Source: a virus
Length of the DNA: 52,287 nucleotides
Virus record (IMG/VR): IMGVR_UViG_3300025000_000023
Reading direction: 5' to 3' (one strand)
Part shown: positions 18,001-25,305 of the stretch, piece after piece
How positions within the stretch are numbered: the first letter of the stretch is position 1
Layout: the number at the start of each line of letters is the position of its first letter
Notes under the pieces: model-generated
What the model was told of the DNA's origin: nothing
Databases searched by the model: none
The model's input: only the letters and a program-made list of their open reading frames with translations
Translations under genes and position numbers: made by a program

Positions 18001-18720
18001 TCACACCTCCCTGCTCACAGGCGAATCATCATCGTCAAAGAACCATTCATCAGCGAGCTGTTGCCATGTGATGAGCATTTCATTGCTTGATATAGCTGAC
18101 ATGATATGCACACATGTTGCATGCACACTCACAATCCTATAGGCATATGATATACCATTCACGTTGTGTATCCACCTCTCCCTATGTGGCTTGAAGCTCT
18201 CATAATCGAATGGCACACGATGTTTCGGCTTCGGTGCTGGTGGTGCGACATTTGTGCCATTGATACGCTCAATGGTGATACCAAACCAACACATTACACC
18301 GTAATCTGGCTTTCCATCCATGAAGTCCTTCATGCTCTCCGGTTTTACAATCACAACTCCATTGGACTCTCTCCTGATAAACACACGGATGAACGTTTTT
18401 GTCATGTAATGAACAAGTATGAGCTCGCCAAACTTCGGAGTCCATGTGCTATCATTCTGCATGTCACAATGCGGTGTCGCTTCCTTGAGCTCAAGCTGTG
18501 TTTCCACATATGGTGCGATAAAGCGCACACGCCTCTTTGTCATGCCGTTCATGACTAGAAAGTGGTAGAACACGTTGTCATGCTTGTCTATTCCGTCAAG
18601 AATGCCTGTCTTCGCATCACTTCCGTCATACTTGATGAATCCAATCACACGCTTGCCAATCAAGCTCCGCACGTCCTGTGACGTTGAATCCCAAATCACC
18701 TTGCTCTTGTCGATTTTCAT
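18001..18720 (-). CDS. Hypothetical protein (239 aa)
   Basis: AAGGAG lies 6 nt upstream of the ATG; no motif recognised. Confidence 0.7.
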   Translation of the reverse strand: MKIDKSKVIWDSTSQDVRSLIGKRVIGFIKYDGSDAKTGILDGIDKHDNVFYHFLVMNGMTKRRVRFIAPYVETQLELKEATPHCDMQNDSTWTPKFGELILVHYMTKTFIRVFIRRESNGVVIVKPESMKDFMDGKPDYGVMCWFGITIERINGTNVAPPAPKPKHRVPFDYESFKPHRERWIHNVNGISYAYRIVSVHATCVHIMSAISSNEMLITWQQLADEWFFDDDDSPVSREV

Positions 18721-18730
18721 GTTTGGCTCC

Positions 18731-19117
18731 TTACCATGTGAACCAGAATACTATACGACAATCTTCTATTGTACGCGGAAGATTGAATATGTCCTTGTGC
18801 AATACATCCTGCACAAATCTGCTGTACAGAGGTCTGAACATCGTGCTCTTGACGAGTAAGTCAGCAATCCTTTTGCGCTCAACAAGCCACACACGAAGTT
18901 GCTCACATTCTTCACGTCCAATACATCCAATGTCCCTGCCCTCGTCTTCTTCCAATGCATACTGTGTCACTGGATTCAAATCAACAGGCTTTGTTTTTGA
19001 CAGCAGTTGCAATTGGTCATAGAAAAGTCCCCAACGTTCAGTATCAAAGTAATTTGTTCCGTGCTCCCATCGTCCATTCATGAGGAACTCGGTGTGCACA
19101 TAGATGTCTTGTCCCAT
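18731..19117 (-). CDS. Hypothetical protein (128 aa)
   Basis: AAGGAG RBS present; no motif recognised. Confidence 0.65.
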   Translation of the reverse strand: MGQDIYVHTEFLMNGRWEHGTNYFDTERWGLFYDQLQLLSKTKPVDLNPVTQYALEEDEGRDIGCIGREECEQLRVWLVERKRIADLLVKSTMFRPLYSRFVQDVLHKDIFNLPRTIEDCRIVFWFTW

Positions 19118-19238
19118 TTTCTACTCCTTATTGAATACGTCTTTCGTGCAGTAGCCAACAATGCCGTAGCCATGCAATACCACATAGTATGTGTCCCATC
19201 CATTCCGTGGGGTCAAATGTTGCATACCTACACTCAAT

Positions 19239-19403
19239 CTAAGCAACATTGGTGGTTTCACCAACTACAGACACCACTGCATTTTTCAATGCTTCTGGCG
19301 TTGCATCTATCTCCTCAACATTTTGCATGGCTTCCATAAATCCGCCTGATGCTGGCCTGAACATCATCCTACCTTCTGGAAACTGTATTGGTTCACGGTA
19401 CAT
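19239..19403 (-). CDS. Possible small protein (54 aa)
   Basis: AAGGAG lies 6 nt upstream. Hand translation gives MYREPIQFPEGRMMFRPASGGFMEAMQNVEEIDATPEALK... Confidence 0.4.
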   Translation of the reverse strand: MYREPIQFPEGRMMFRPASGGFMEAMQNVEEIDATPEALKNAVVSVVGETTNVA

Positions 19404-19424
19404 GTATTACTCCTTCGTCCACGT

Positions 19425-19661
19425 CTATTCGTGCGGATACGGGTCATCATTGACCTCGCATCCAATCTTCTCCAGCAAACTCAAGTGCACACGCTTGCTC
19501 ACACTATCATGAACAATGTGTGCATATCCACCATTGATGCACGCCACACGCCAGACCGTTCCAGCATACCTCACAAACTCGTCAGGTGCAAACTGCTGGT
19601 GCACATACAATTTATTCATGTCGTGCACTCCTGTGTCCTCGTCAATCACGTTGATTTTCAC
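19425..19661 (-). CDS. Hypothetical protein (78 aa, GTG start)
   Basis: GGGAGGG lies 5 nt upstream of the GTG start. Confidence 0.55.
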   Translation of the reverse strand: MKINVIDEDTGVHDMNKLYVHQQFAPDEFVRYAGTVWRVACINGGYAHIVHDSVSKRVHLSLLEKIGCEVNDDPYPHE

Positions 19662-19774
19662 TTTGCCCTCCCTGTGTCATAATTGGTGTGGCACACCCTG
19701 TACGATGCACCACACCCCGAACCATGAGACCACGGATAATCGATGTGATAAGTCACTCATACGAGCAGACTTTA

Positions 19775-19920
19775 TGTGGACGGTAGGATTTGAACCTACA
19801 ATGACAGTGTGTTTCGTGTATCCACGTTTTCAGCTTTCTACAGGGTGTATCCTGCAACGAACAGCCCTACTTTCTGTCTCGCTAACATCGCATAGCGTTT
19901 ACCAATTACGCCACGTCCAC
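19775..19920 (-). tRNA. tRNA-like gene (Asn-GTT-like loop) with about 72 extra nt in the anticodon/variable region
   Basis: The acceptor stem GTGGACG/CGTCCAC is 7 of 7 paired. The D arm is GCGT-AATTGGTAA-ACGC and the T arm is GTAGG-TTCAAAT-CCTAC. The total is 146 nt, against about 75 nt for a normal tRNA. Confidence 0.55.
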
Positions 19921-19926
19921 GATGAA

Positions 19927-20259
19927 CTATCTACTTATAACTTCCATGTCTTCGGAATACAATATTGTAGTGCCTCTGTCTGTCCTCACAACCTTGTCCC
20001 ATCCATTTGATACCATATTGCAGTGCAGAATAGTATCAACTGCAACATCGTTTAGCGTGAGAATCTTTCCATACACAACTTCCTTTCCGACTTGTATCCA
20101 CACGCCTTTCAGTACCTCACCTGATTCCGAAATGAGCTCCTCACGCTCCACAACTCTGTGCGCAAAGCACCCTGATGGAACAGACTCATTCATCGGAATA
20201 CGTTCCGAATCGGAACACATGAAACCAGCATAAAAAACTTCTCTCATTTGTACTTTCAT
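19927..20259 (-). CDS. Hypothetical protein (110 aa)
   Basis: The start is coupled to the upstream stop (ATGA overlap). Confidence 0.6.
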   Translation of the reverse strand: MKVQMREVFYAGFMCSDSERIPMNESVPSGCFAHRVVEREELISESGEVLKGVWIQVGKEVVYGKILTLNDVAVDTILHCNMVSNGWDKVVRTDRGTTILYSEDMEVISR

Positions 20260-20561
20260 GCTTCTTTCTCCTTTAGGTCAAGCACTGCAATCTCATTAAA
20301 TACAGTTCTCCAATACACACAGCCCTCATTGCTTGTCGTCCACAAGAAGGCATGCAACAACAGGTACATGTCCAATCGGCTCTTGTGACACTCCACAAGC
20401 TTGCTGACACGCCTCGCAACCTCCACATCACATGCATCCATGATGTTTGCGATGAATGCACGCCGCACGCCGTATGACAATTTCTTCCAATCATCAAACT
20501 TATGCAATTGGTACACCACCGTTGCGTGCATCTGCTTTCTTGTTTGTAGCGCATCTTTCAT
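20256..20561 (-). CDS. Hypothetical protein (101 aa)
   Basis: GGGAG RBS present. Confidence 0.6.
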   Translation of the reverse strand: MKDALQTRKQMHATVVYQLHKFDDWKKLSYGVRRAFIANIMDACDVEVARRVSKLVECHKSRLDMYLLLHAFLWTTSNEGCVYWRTVFNEIAVLDLKEKEA

Positions 20562-20732
20562 TTGAATGCTCCCTTTTTATGTTTTAAGCTCAGCACAGAC
20601 ATCAAGATTGCTACGCTTGCATAGTCTAAGTCAGCTTCAGGCTCACGAAAGTTTATGTATGTGCACTTCCCTACTTTATCATTTTTACGGTGAGCCTTAT
20701 CCATTGAATTCATCTTCTTTCGCCATGCAAAC

Positions 20733-21251
20733 TCATCTGCACTTGGATTCCACCTTGCGCTTCAGCAATCTCTTCACAGCGTGCAGGTTGCAGTGATGTT
20801 CGTCCTCATATAGTTTCATGACACGCTCCACATCTTGGTCTGAGAACTCATACAGGCCATCACCTACAGGTTTTGTGCAATCCTGATAGTACGACTTACT
20901 GCACACCTCGTGCGCCCCGTCCCATAGCGTGTACTCATCGCCCTCACGGAATATCAGAACTACTTTTCCATCCAAGTCATAGCGCACGGCGCACTCCAAA
21001 ACTTCGATGAACATAGTTTCGTTCGTGTCAGGTCTTTGGAAATGACGACATGATTCATGACTAATTGGCTCTCTATCCGTTGCACAATCAATGATGTTAC
21101 GCATGAAATAGCATAAGTGACATGATTGCACACCGTTCTTGAACTTTACTGGTCGATAGCAACTATCCACAACCAGTAGCCTCACATACTTTCCTTCGGA
21201 CTTGTTATAGTACGTGAAAACTTCTCCGACCTTGTGAAACTTTCTCTTCAT
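20733..21251 (-). CDS. Hypothetical Cys/His-rich protein (172 aa)
   Basis: AAGGAG lies 7 nt upstream of ATG 21251. Confidence 0.65.
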   Translation of the reverse strand: MKRKFHKVGEVFTYYNKSEGKYVRLLVVDSCYRPVKFKNGVQSCHLCYFMRNIIDCATDREPISHESCRHFQRPDTNETMFIEVLECAVRYDLDGKVVLIFREGDEYTLWDGAHEVCSKSYYQDCTKPVGDGLYEFSDQDVERVMKLYEDEHHCNLHAVKRLLKRKVESKCR

Positions 21252-21282
21252 AGTATGCTCCTTATTTGATACGTGATACAAT

Positions 21283-21457
21283 TACGAGTGACAGGATTTG
21301 AACCTGTAAGAATGATGCTTCAACGTTCTCGTGAACTCCACACCATTTGAATCTCGCCACATAACAGGGTATGCTGGTTTCCTTGTTTTGTTATAGGAAT
21401 GTGCAAATTACATATATCGTCATATGGTTTAGCGTATGCCGTTTCCGCCACACTCGT
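21283..21457 (-). tRNA. Second tRNA-like gene with about 101 extra nt in the anticodon/variable region
   Basis: The acceptor stem ACGAGTG/CACTCGT is 7 of 7 paired. The D arm is GCGG-AAACGGCAT-ACGC and the T arm is ACAGG-TTCAAAT-CCTGT. The total is 175 nt. Confidence 0.5.
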
Positions 21458-21560
21458 ACAGAAAATTTAGGTGCTACAATCATTGTAGCTGATGTAGCCT
21501 AGTCATGCTCCACTGGCATGTGGTTGTACATCTGGTTATTATTTGATTCATGAAGTTTGG

Positions 21561-21758
21561 CTACATGTACCAAAGACATGCGCTTGCGACATATCCACCG
21601 GAATACTCCGAGGAAGATTGTACGTTGCACGATACTATGTTCGTGATCACTTCTATTGCATCGGGTAGCACGTATGCTACAACTACAACAAGTGCCATCA
21701 CCACGACAATGAACATGCACAGTATCAATACAAAAGCACCAAAATCATGTATTTTCAT
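21561..21758 (-). CDS. Possible small TM protein (65 aa)
   Basis: From the internal ATG the product starts MKIHDFGAFVLILCMFIVVVMALVVVVAYVL. Confidence 0.35.
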   Translation of the reverse strand: MKIHDFGAFVLILCMFIVVVMALVVVVAYVLPDAIEVITNIVSCNVQSSSEYSGGYVASACLWYM

Positions 21759-22029
21759 TTGGGCTCCTTTTCGGTGCTCTTTTCTTAGGGACGTACGGCA
21801 CACAGTAGTCGCTGTGCACGTGGTACTCACAAACTTCACCACTTTTATTCTTCACTCTTGCCACTCCAAAATCAGGAACTGTTTCAAACTCCGCTATTTT
21901 CTTGTCACAGTCACGTTGCCATGTGTCATGCTCACGCAATTCCTTCACCAGCTCATTTTCTTCCTTTCTAAGTCTGGCGTGTGAATCCTTTGCGTACTGC
22001 TCGATAGTGAAGCGCATTTTAGTTGCCAT
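21745..22029 (-). CDS. Hypothetical protein (94 aa)
   Basis: AAGGAG RBS present. Confidence 0.6.
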   Translation of the reverse strand: MATKMRFTIEQYAKDSHARLRKEENELVKELREHDTWQRDCDKKIAEFETVPDFGVARVKNKSGEVCEYHVHSDYCVPYVPKKRAPKRSPNENT

Positions 22030-22069
22030 GCTTTTTCTCCTTGTTTGTGTACAATTATCAAATTCGTAT

Positions 22070-22318
22070 TTATTGTTCTTCCACGATTCTTTCCAAGTGC
22101 TCCGTCACATACTTCTGGTATGCACGTTCTGCGTGTTCCATCGCTTTCTGCAACGTGTTGCACCTGCCACACGCTAGCTGTTCCTCAAGGTCGTGCATCT
22201 CCCACTTATACGAGCCACCAACAAACATAACCTCTAAGTATCGATTGAAAGGCATGTCCACGTTCCATATAGCACTGTTCGCCACACTGTGATTCCACGT
22301 TACTTTCTTGAACTTCAT
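22070..22318 (-). CDS. Hypothetical protein (82 aa)
   Basis: The start is coupled by an ATGA overlap behind GGAGGGTGAAGAA. Confidence 0.6.
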   Translation of the reverse strand: MKFKKVTWNHSVANSAIWNVDMPFNRYLEVMFVGGSYKWEMHDLEEQLACGRCNTLQKAMEHAERAYQKYVTEHLERIVEEQ

Positions 22319-22476
22319 TTCTTCACCCTCCGCTTTGCAATCTTTATCCTGTACCTTTCTTGATTATTTGCTTTGTACTCTAACATCTGTTCATGTGCTT
22401 GCGTGCGTGATTCTTCACTCGTCACACAATTCCAGCCTGCCCCATAGTTACACATTACATCATATACATGTTTCAT
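22315..22476 (-). CDS. Small protein, tandem paralogue B (53 aa)
   Basis: The product is MKHVYDVMCNYGAGWNCVTSEESRTQAHEQMLEYK...KRRVKK, and the ATGA-coupled junction is the same as in paralogue A. Confidence 0.55.
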   Translation of the reverse strand: MKHVYDVMCNYGAGWNCVTSEESRTQAHEQMLEYKANNQERYRIKIAKRRVKK

Positions 22477-22652
22477 TTCTTCACCCTCCGCTTCACAATC
22501 TTCATGGCTTTGTAGTCCCAATCATTCTCAGCATACTCCCCACGCCGTTTTCTTGCCTCTTTCATCGTCTCCTCGCTCGTCACACATTCAAATCCAGTGC
22601 CATAATCCACCATCAGGTCGTACCTGTCCACAGTCTTCCGTACGTATTTCAT
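22473..22652 (-). CDS. Small protein, tandem paralogue A (59 aa)
   Basis: AGGAGG lies 7 nt upstream of ATG 22652. The product is MKYVRKTVDRYDLMVDYGTGFECVTSEETMKEARKRRGEY...KRRVKK. Confidence 0.55.
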   Translation of the reverse strand: MKYVRKTVDRYDLMVDYGTGFECVTSEETMKEARKRRGEYAENDWDYKAMKIVKRRVKK

Positions 22653-22824
22653 ATCCAATCCTCCTACGAACTTCGCCGTGCACCATCAAAACGCACAACG
22701 CTTGACAAACATCAAATCCACTGTACACCACAAAGCAGTACAATTATCAGACTCGCAATCTCCTATCAGTTCTAAATAGCCTATGTAAGCAAGACTAGCA
22801 TTACACAAACTCTTTACAAGCGAT

Positions 22825-22860
22825 AAGAGAAGCGCACCTAACAGTAAGATGCGCTCTCTT
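22825..22860 (-). terminator. Possible terminator hairpin after the 22904 gene
   Basis: The stem aagagaagcgca/tgcgctctctt has one bulge and a 13-nt loop, and only a modest U-rich tail follows on the - strand. Confidence 0.3.
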
Positions 22861-22903
22861 GCGTACTCAAGTACTTAAATGCAGTACTCAAGCCGACAAT
22901 CTC

Positions 22904-23452
22904 TTAATACTTGGTGTCGTCCTCGACTTCCACCACAACCTCGCCACCTTCATCGGGTGTATCGGTCTCTTTTGGCAAATATCCTGTCCAGCCTTCTGGT
23001 GCAACAGCACCAGTGGCAACCAACTGGTAATCGGTCAAGTGAGGCTTGTCTGCATTGGGCATCGCCACAATCCAAGCCCTCTCTTCAGGCTTCGACTTTT
23101 TGATGCACTCAGTGACCAACAGACCGATGCGGTCTTTTCCGATTCCGTACTCAAGGTACACATCCATGCCCTTGACCACAGACCCGACACCACTGAACAT
23201 GGCAAGGAACTGCTGACGGAGGGTGACACGCTGTGCCTTGGGTGTCTTCTCGTGCGCCACGCGCTCTTCACCAATCATCTTCTCAAAGTCCTTGATTAAC
23301 TGCTCGTCAAACGAGTTGACAATCAGAGATTTCACCGAAGTCCAGTTTGCACGTATGTTGCTCTTCATACGAGCCCATTCAATCGCTCTCTCTTCTTTCT
23401 TCGCCTGAGCCAACGCTTCTTTCTCGGTCAGTGTCAATTCTACTTCTGCCAT
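22904..23452 (-). CDS. Hypothetical protein with acidic C-terminal tail (182 aa)
   Basis: AAGGAAG lies 8 nt upstream of ATG 23452; the track start at 23497 is a TTG. The C-terminus is DEGGEVVVEVEDDTKY. Confidence 0.65.
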   Translation of the reverse strand: MAEVELTLTEKEALAQAKKEERAIEWARMKSNIRANWTSVKSLIVNSFDEQLIKDFEKMIGEERVAHEKTPKAQRVTLRQQFLAMFSGVGSVVKGMDVYLEYGIGKDRIGLLVTECIKKSKPEERAWIVAMPNADKPHLTDYQLVATGAVAPEGWTGYLPKETDTPDEGGEVVVEVEDDTKY

Positions 23453-23521
23453 TTGTTTTTCTTCCTTGTTTGATACTTGATATGCTGAGGTGGTCAACGA
23501 CCACTTTTTTCTCTACCTGTA

Positions 23522-23530
23522 ATTATACAG
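23522..23530 (-). promoter_or_regulatory. Possible extended -10 promoter (TGTATAAT) for the 22904 gene
   Basis: The - strand reads TTGACA-N22-TGTATAAT. The -35 is too far away, so only the extended -10 is credible. The 8-bp palindrome CACTAGTG lies just upstream. Confidence 0.3.
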
Positions 23531-23674
23531 TACCACTAGTGTACCATATTGTCAATACTAAATCTCAACTATTTTATGCGTGTATTCTTGACAGAATGCT
23601 GGAATGTGTCAGGAATAGACAACCATCGGAACGTGATGTACAATTATCTAACTGGTGCATGTGATGCTTGGAAC

Positions 23675-23840
23675 GTGATGCACGATGTATTGTGCACGAT
23701 GTGCGGTGCACGCCACACAATAATGTAAATTCTGATTTGTGAGTGATGAATGATGCACGATGCACGCCACGTTGCCAAAATAGGCTCTTTTTTCGTTCAC
23801 GATGGGGGAAATGGTGTGTGATGCACGATGCTCGCCACAC
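23675..23840. repeat. Left repeat cluster: three copies of TGATGCACGATG..CGCCAC
   Basis: Copies lie at 23675-23687, 23751-23770 and 23818-23840, plus GTGCACGCCACAC at 23706-23718. Confidence 0.85.
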
Positions 23841-24044
23841 GGCGTTTCTATAAGGAAAACCGTCATGTAACAAAGTATCCTTGTCTAATCATTGATATAA
23901 TTCTAGCTATTATATAGAGTTATTTGTGCTGAAAATGTGTGATTTTAATATATTAGTTTATGTGTTGAAAAATGACACAATTGGCTAACGTTTGTCACAC
24001 TTTTTCGCTCGTAAATCTATATGTAGTAAGCAATTATTTTGCCG

Positions 24045-24069
24045 TGTGACAGATGTGACAACTGTGACA
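24045..24069. repeat. Three TGTGACA repeats at exact 9-bp phasing
   Basis: TGTGACA occurs at 24045, 24054 and 24063. Inverted copies (TGTCACA) lie at 23993 and 24143. Confidence 0.85.
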
Positions 24070-24360
24070 AAGGTTCAAAATTTAGGTACGCTTTACTTAT
24101 AAGACTTGAAAAATGACCCCCCATGTCACGGTTGGCACTCGTGTCACACGGCGTGTATCTCTTGGTGTCATATACATTTACCTCGTCAACTTTATTCCCA
24201 TCGAACAGTTGTACATTTCATTTAAATACCTATCAATCAAGTACCACTCTACTAGTTTCTTCACAACATCAAACGCTTGAATATCCGTGCAGTTTATTTT
24301 CACTTTCTATATGTTTGAATTAAAGAAAAAATAGCCAAACCCTCCCTTATAGAAATGAAC

Positions 24361-24488
24361 GTGGCGTGCGTTGTGCATTGTGTATCCTGCATCACATGAT
24401 GTTTGTCATGCTTAGTAGGCTGTGTGTCGTGCATCGCACGCCATTTGATAGTTGTCTGGTGGCGTGCACTGTGTGCCACACGCCATTA
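24361..24488. repeat. Right repeat cluster, inverted relative to the left cluster
   Basis: GTGGCGTGCAC at 24459-24469 is the exact reverse complement of GTGCACGCCAC at 23706-23716. GTGGCGTGCG lies at 24361 and CGTGCATCGCACGCC at 24427. Confidence 0.8.
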
Positions 24489-24491
24489 CTA

Positions 24492-24863
24492 CTAGGATAT
24501 TGTCACAGAAACAGTCCCATCGCTTAGGATTATTTGTCGGGTGGTGAGCGACACTTGACACCTGTCATAGTCAAGCATCACGTTGAGCGATAGCCTACCG
24601 ATGATGTGCACAATGAGTAGTGAATCATCGATTAGCACGGAATACTTTTCGGCTTGATAATTGTCAACCGTTCCGTTCCTGCGCTTCACCTTGATTGACA
24701 CGTGGCGTTCATCGGTAAACGTATGGCGTGTATAGGTGAATCCCTTGGGTTCGCCATCGCTTACTTCATAGGGAAAGCGTTTGTAAATCTTGCCGTGTTT
24801 GTATTCGGCTTCGTGTAGCAAGAAATGTTCTGCAATTTCGTGCAGTGTGGTGTCATTACTCAT
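24492..24863 (-). CDS. Hypothetical early protein (123 aa)
   Basis: A GGAGG RBS precedes ATG 24863, which overlaps the upstream stop (ATGAGTAA). Confidence 0.6.
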   Translation of the reverse strand: MSNDTTLHEIAEHFLLHEAEYKHGKIYKRFPYEVSDGEPKGFTYTRHTFTDERHVSIKVKRRNGTVDNYQAEKYSVLIDDSLLIVHIIGRLSLNVMLDYDRCQVSLTTRQIILSDGTVSVTIS

Positions 24864-25305
24864 TCCAATCAACCTCCGTTTCAAAAGAGTAGTCCTTTCC
24901 AAGACATCGTGAGAGTGCGCCATATCCGAATCCTAAGCCGTCATGATAGTTGGACGGTAGGTCACAAACTAGTGGTGTCGTGCCATGATAGAGAATGTTG
25001 TTACTACGTGTGAATCGTTCCATCTGGTGGATAGGTTCAAGCACGTCAACGATGTCATTCAATCGCTTGATAGTGGTTGGCGAGCACCACCCGCCATTGG
25101 TGATAGTGATTGCGTTGTTGCCATGTGACGACCACGTTACGGTGCACAGCACGGTGTCATACATAGTAATAGTGATTACATTGTCGTACACCGTCTTTCC
25201 ATTGTAGTTGTGTGCTGGTGTCGTGTGTTGCACGTGCATGTATGGATAGCGTGCACGCAAAGCCTTAGCGTTGCTTAGGATAGTGTTGAATTGTGATTGT
25301 GTCAT
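24856..25305 (-). CDS. Hypothetical early protein with SPTTIKR motif (149 aa)
   Basis: TAATG junction with the upstream gene. It shares the pattern (S/M)Y(N/D)..(L/V)C.V....ITL/ITIT...S.TT.K with the 25654 gene. Confidence 0.65.
   Translation of the reverse strand: MTQSQFNTILSNAKALRARYPYMHVQHTTPAHNYNGKTVYDNVITITMYDTVLCTVTWSSHGNNAITITNGGWCSPTTIKRLNDIVDVLEPIHQMERFTRSNNILYHGTTPLVCDLPSNYHDGLGFGYGALSRCLGKDYSFETEVDWNE

Noticed and set aside
19121-19403. An in-frame TAG separates the 54-aa ORF from further open frame. Likewise, the TAG at 26199 is followed by an open (HGNGS)x9 frame. This suggested TAG reassignment, possibly linked to the odd tRNA-like genes.
   Set aside because: TAG is used as a normal stop elsewhere, at 8992 and at 9774, and at 9774 it is embedded in the next gene's RBS. 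All long late ORFs are intact without read-through. Neither tRNA-like element shows a CTA anticodon loop. Genome-wide recoding is therefore not supported.
19801-19845. A hammerhead-like core in the tRNA insert (CTGAAAA-CGTG-GATA-CACG-AAAC).
   Set aside because: The conserved CUGAUGA box reads CUGAAAA, so the catalytic G8 is missing. The second element has GAGAAC instead of GAAAC, and no cleavage-site helix is evident.
21473-21489. The hairpin GCTACAA-TCA-TTGTAGC as a firm terminator upstream of the second tRNA-like gene.
   Set aside because: The stem is only 7 bp and AT-rich, and the U-tract is displaced by 9 nt. It is too weak to call, so I only mention it as context in the finding.
23574-24323. 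ORFs 23574-23873 (-), 23648-23866 (-) and 24123-24323 (+) inside the non-coding island.
   Set aside because: The translations are reiterations produced by the DNA repeats (VHRAS.ITH) or are low-complexity S/T/L strings. There is no RBS and no coupling to neighbouring genes.
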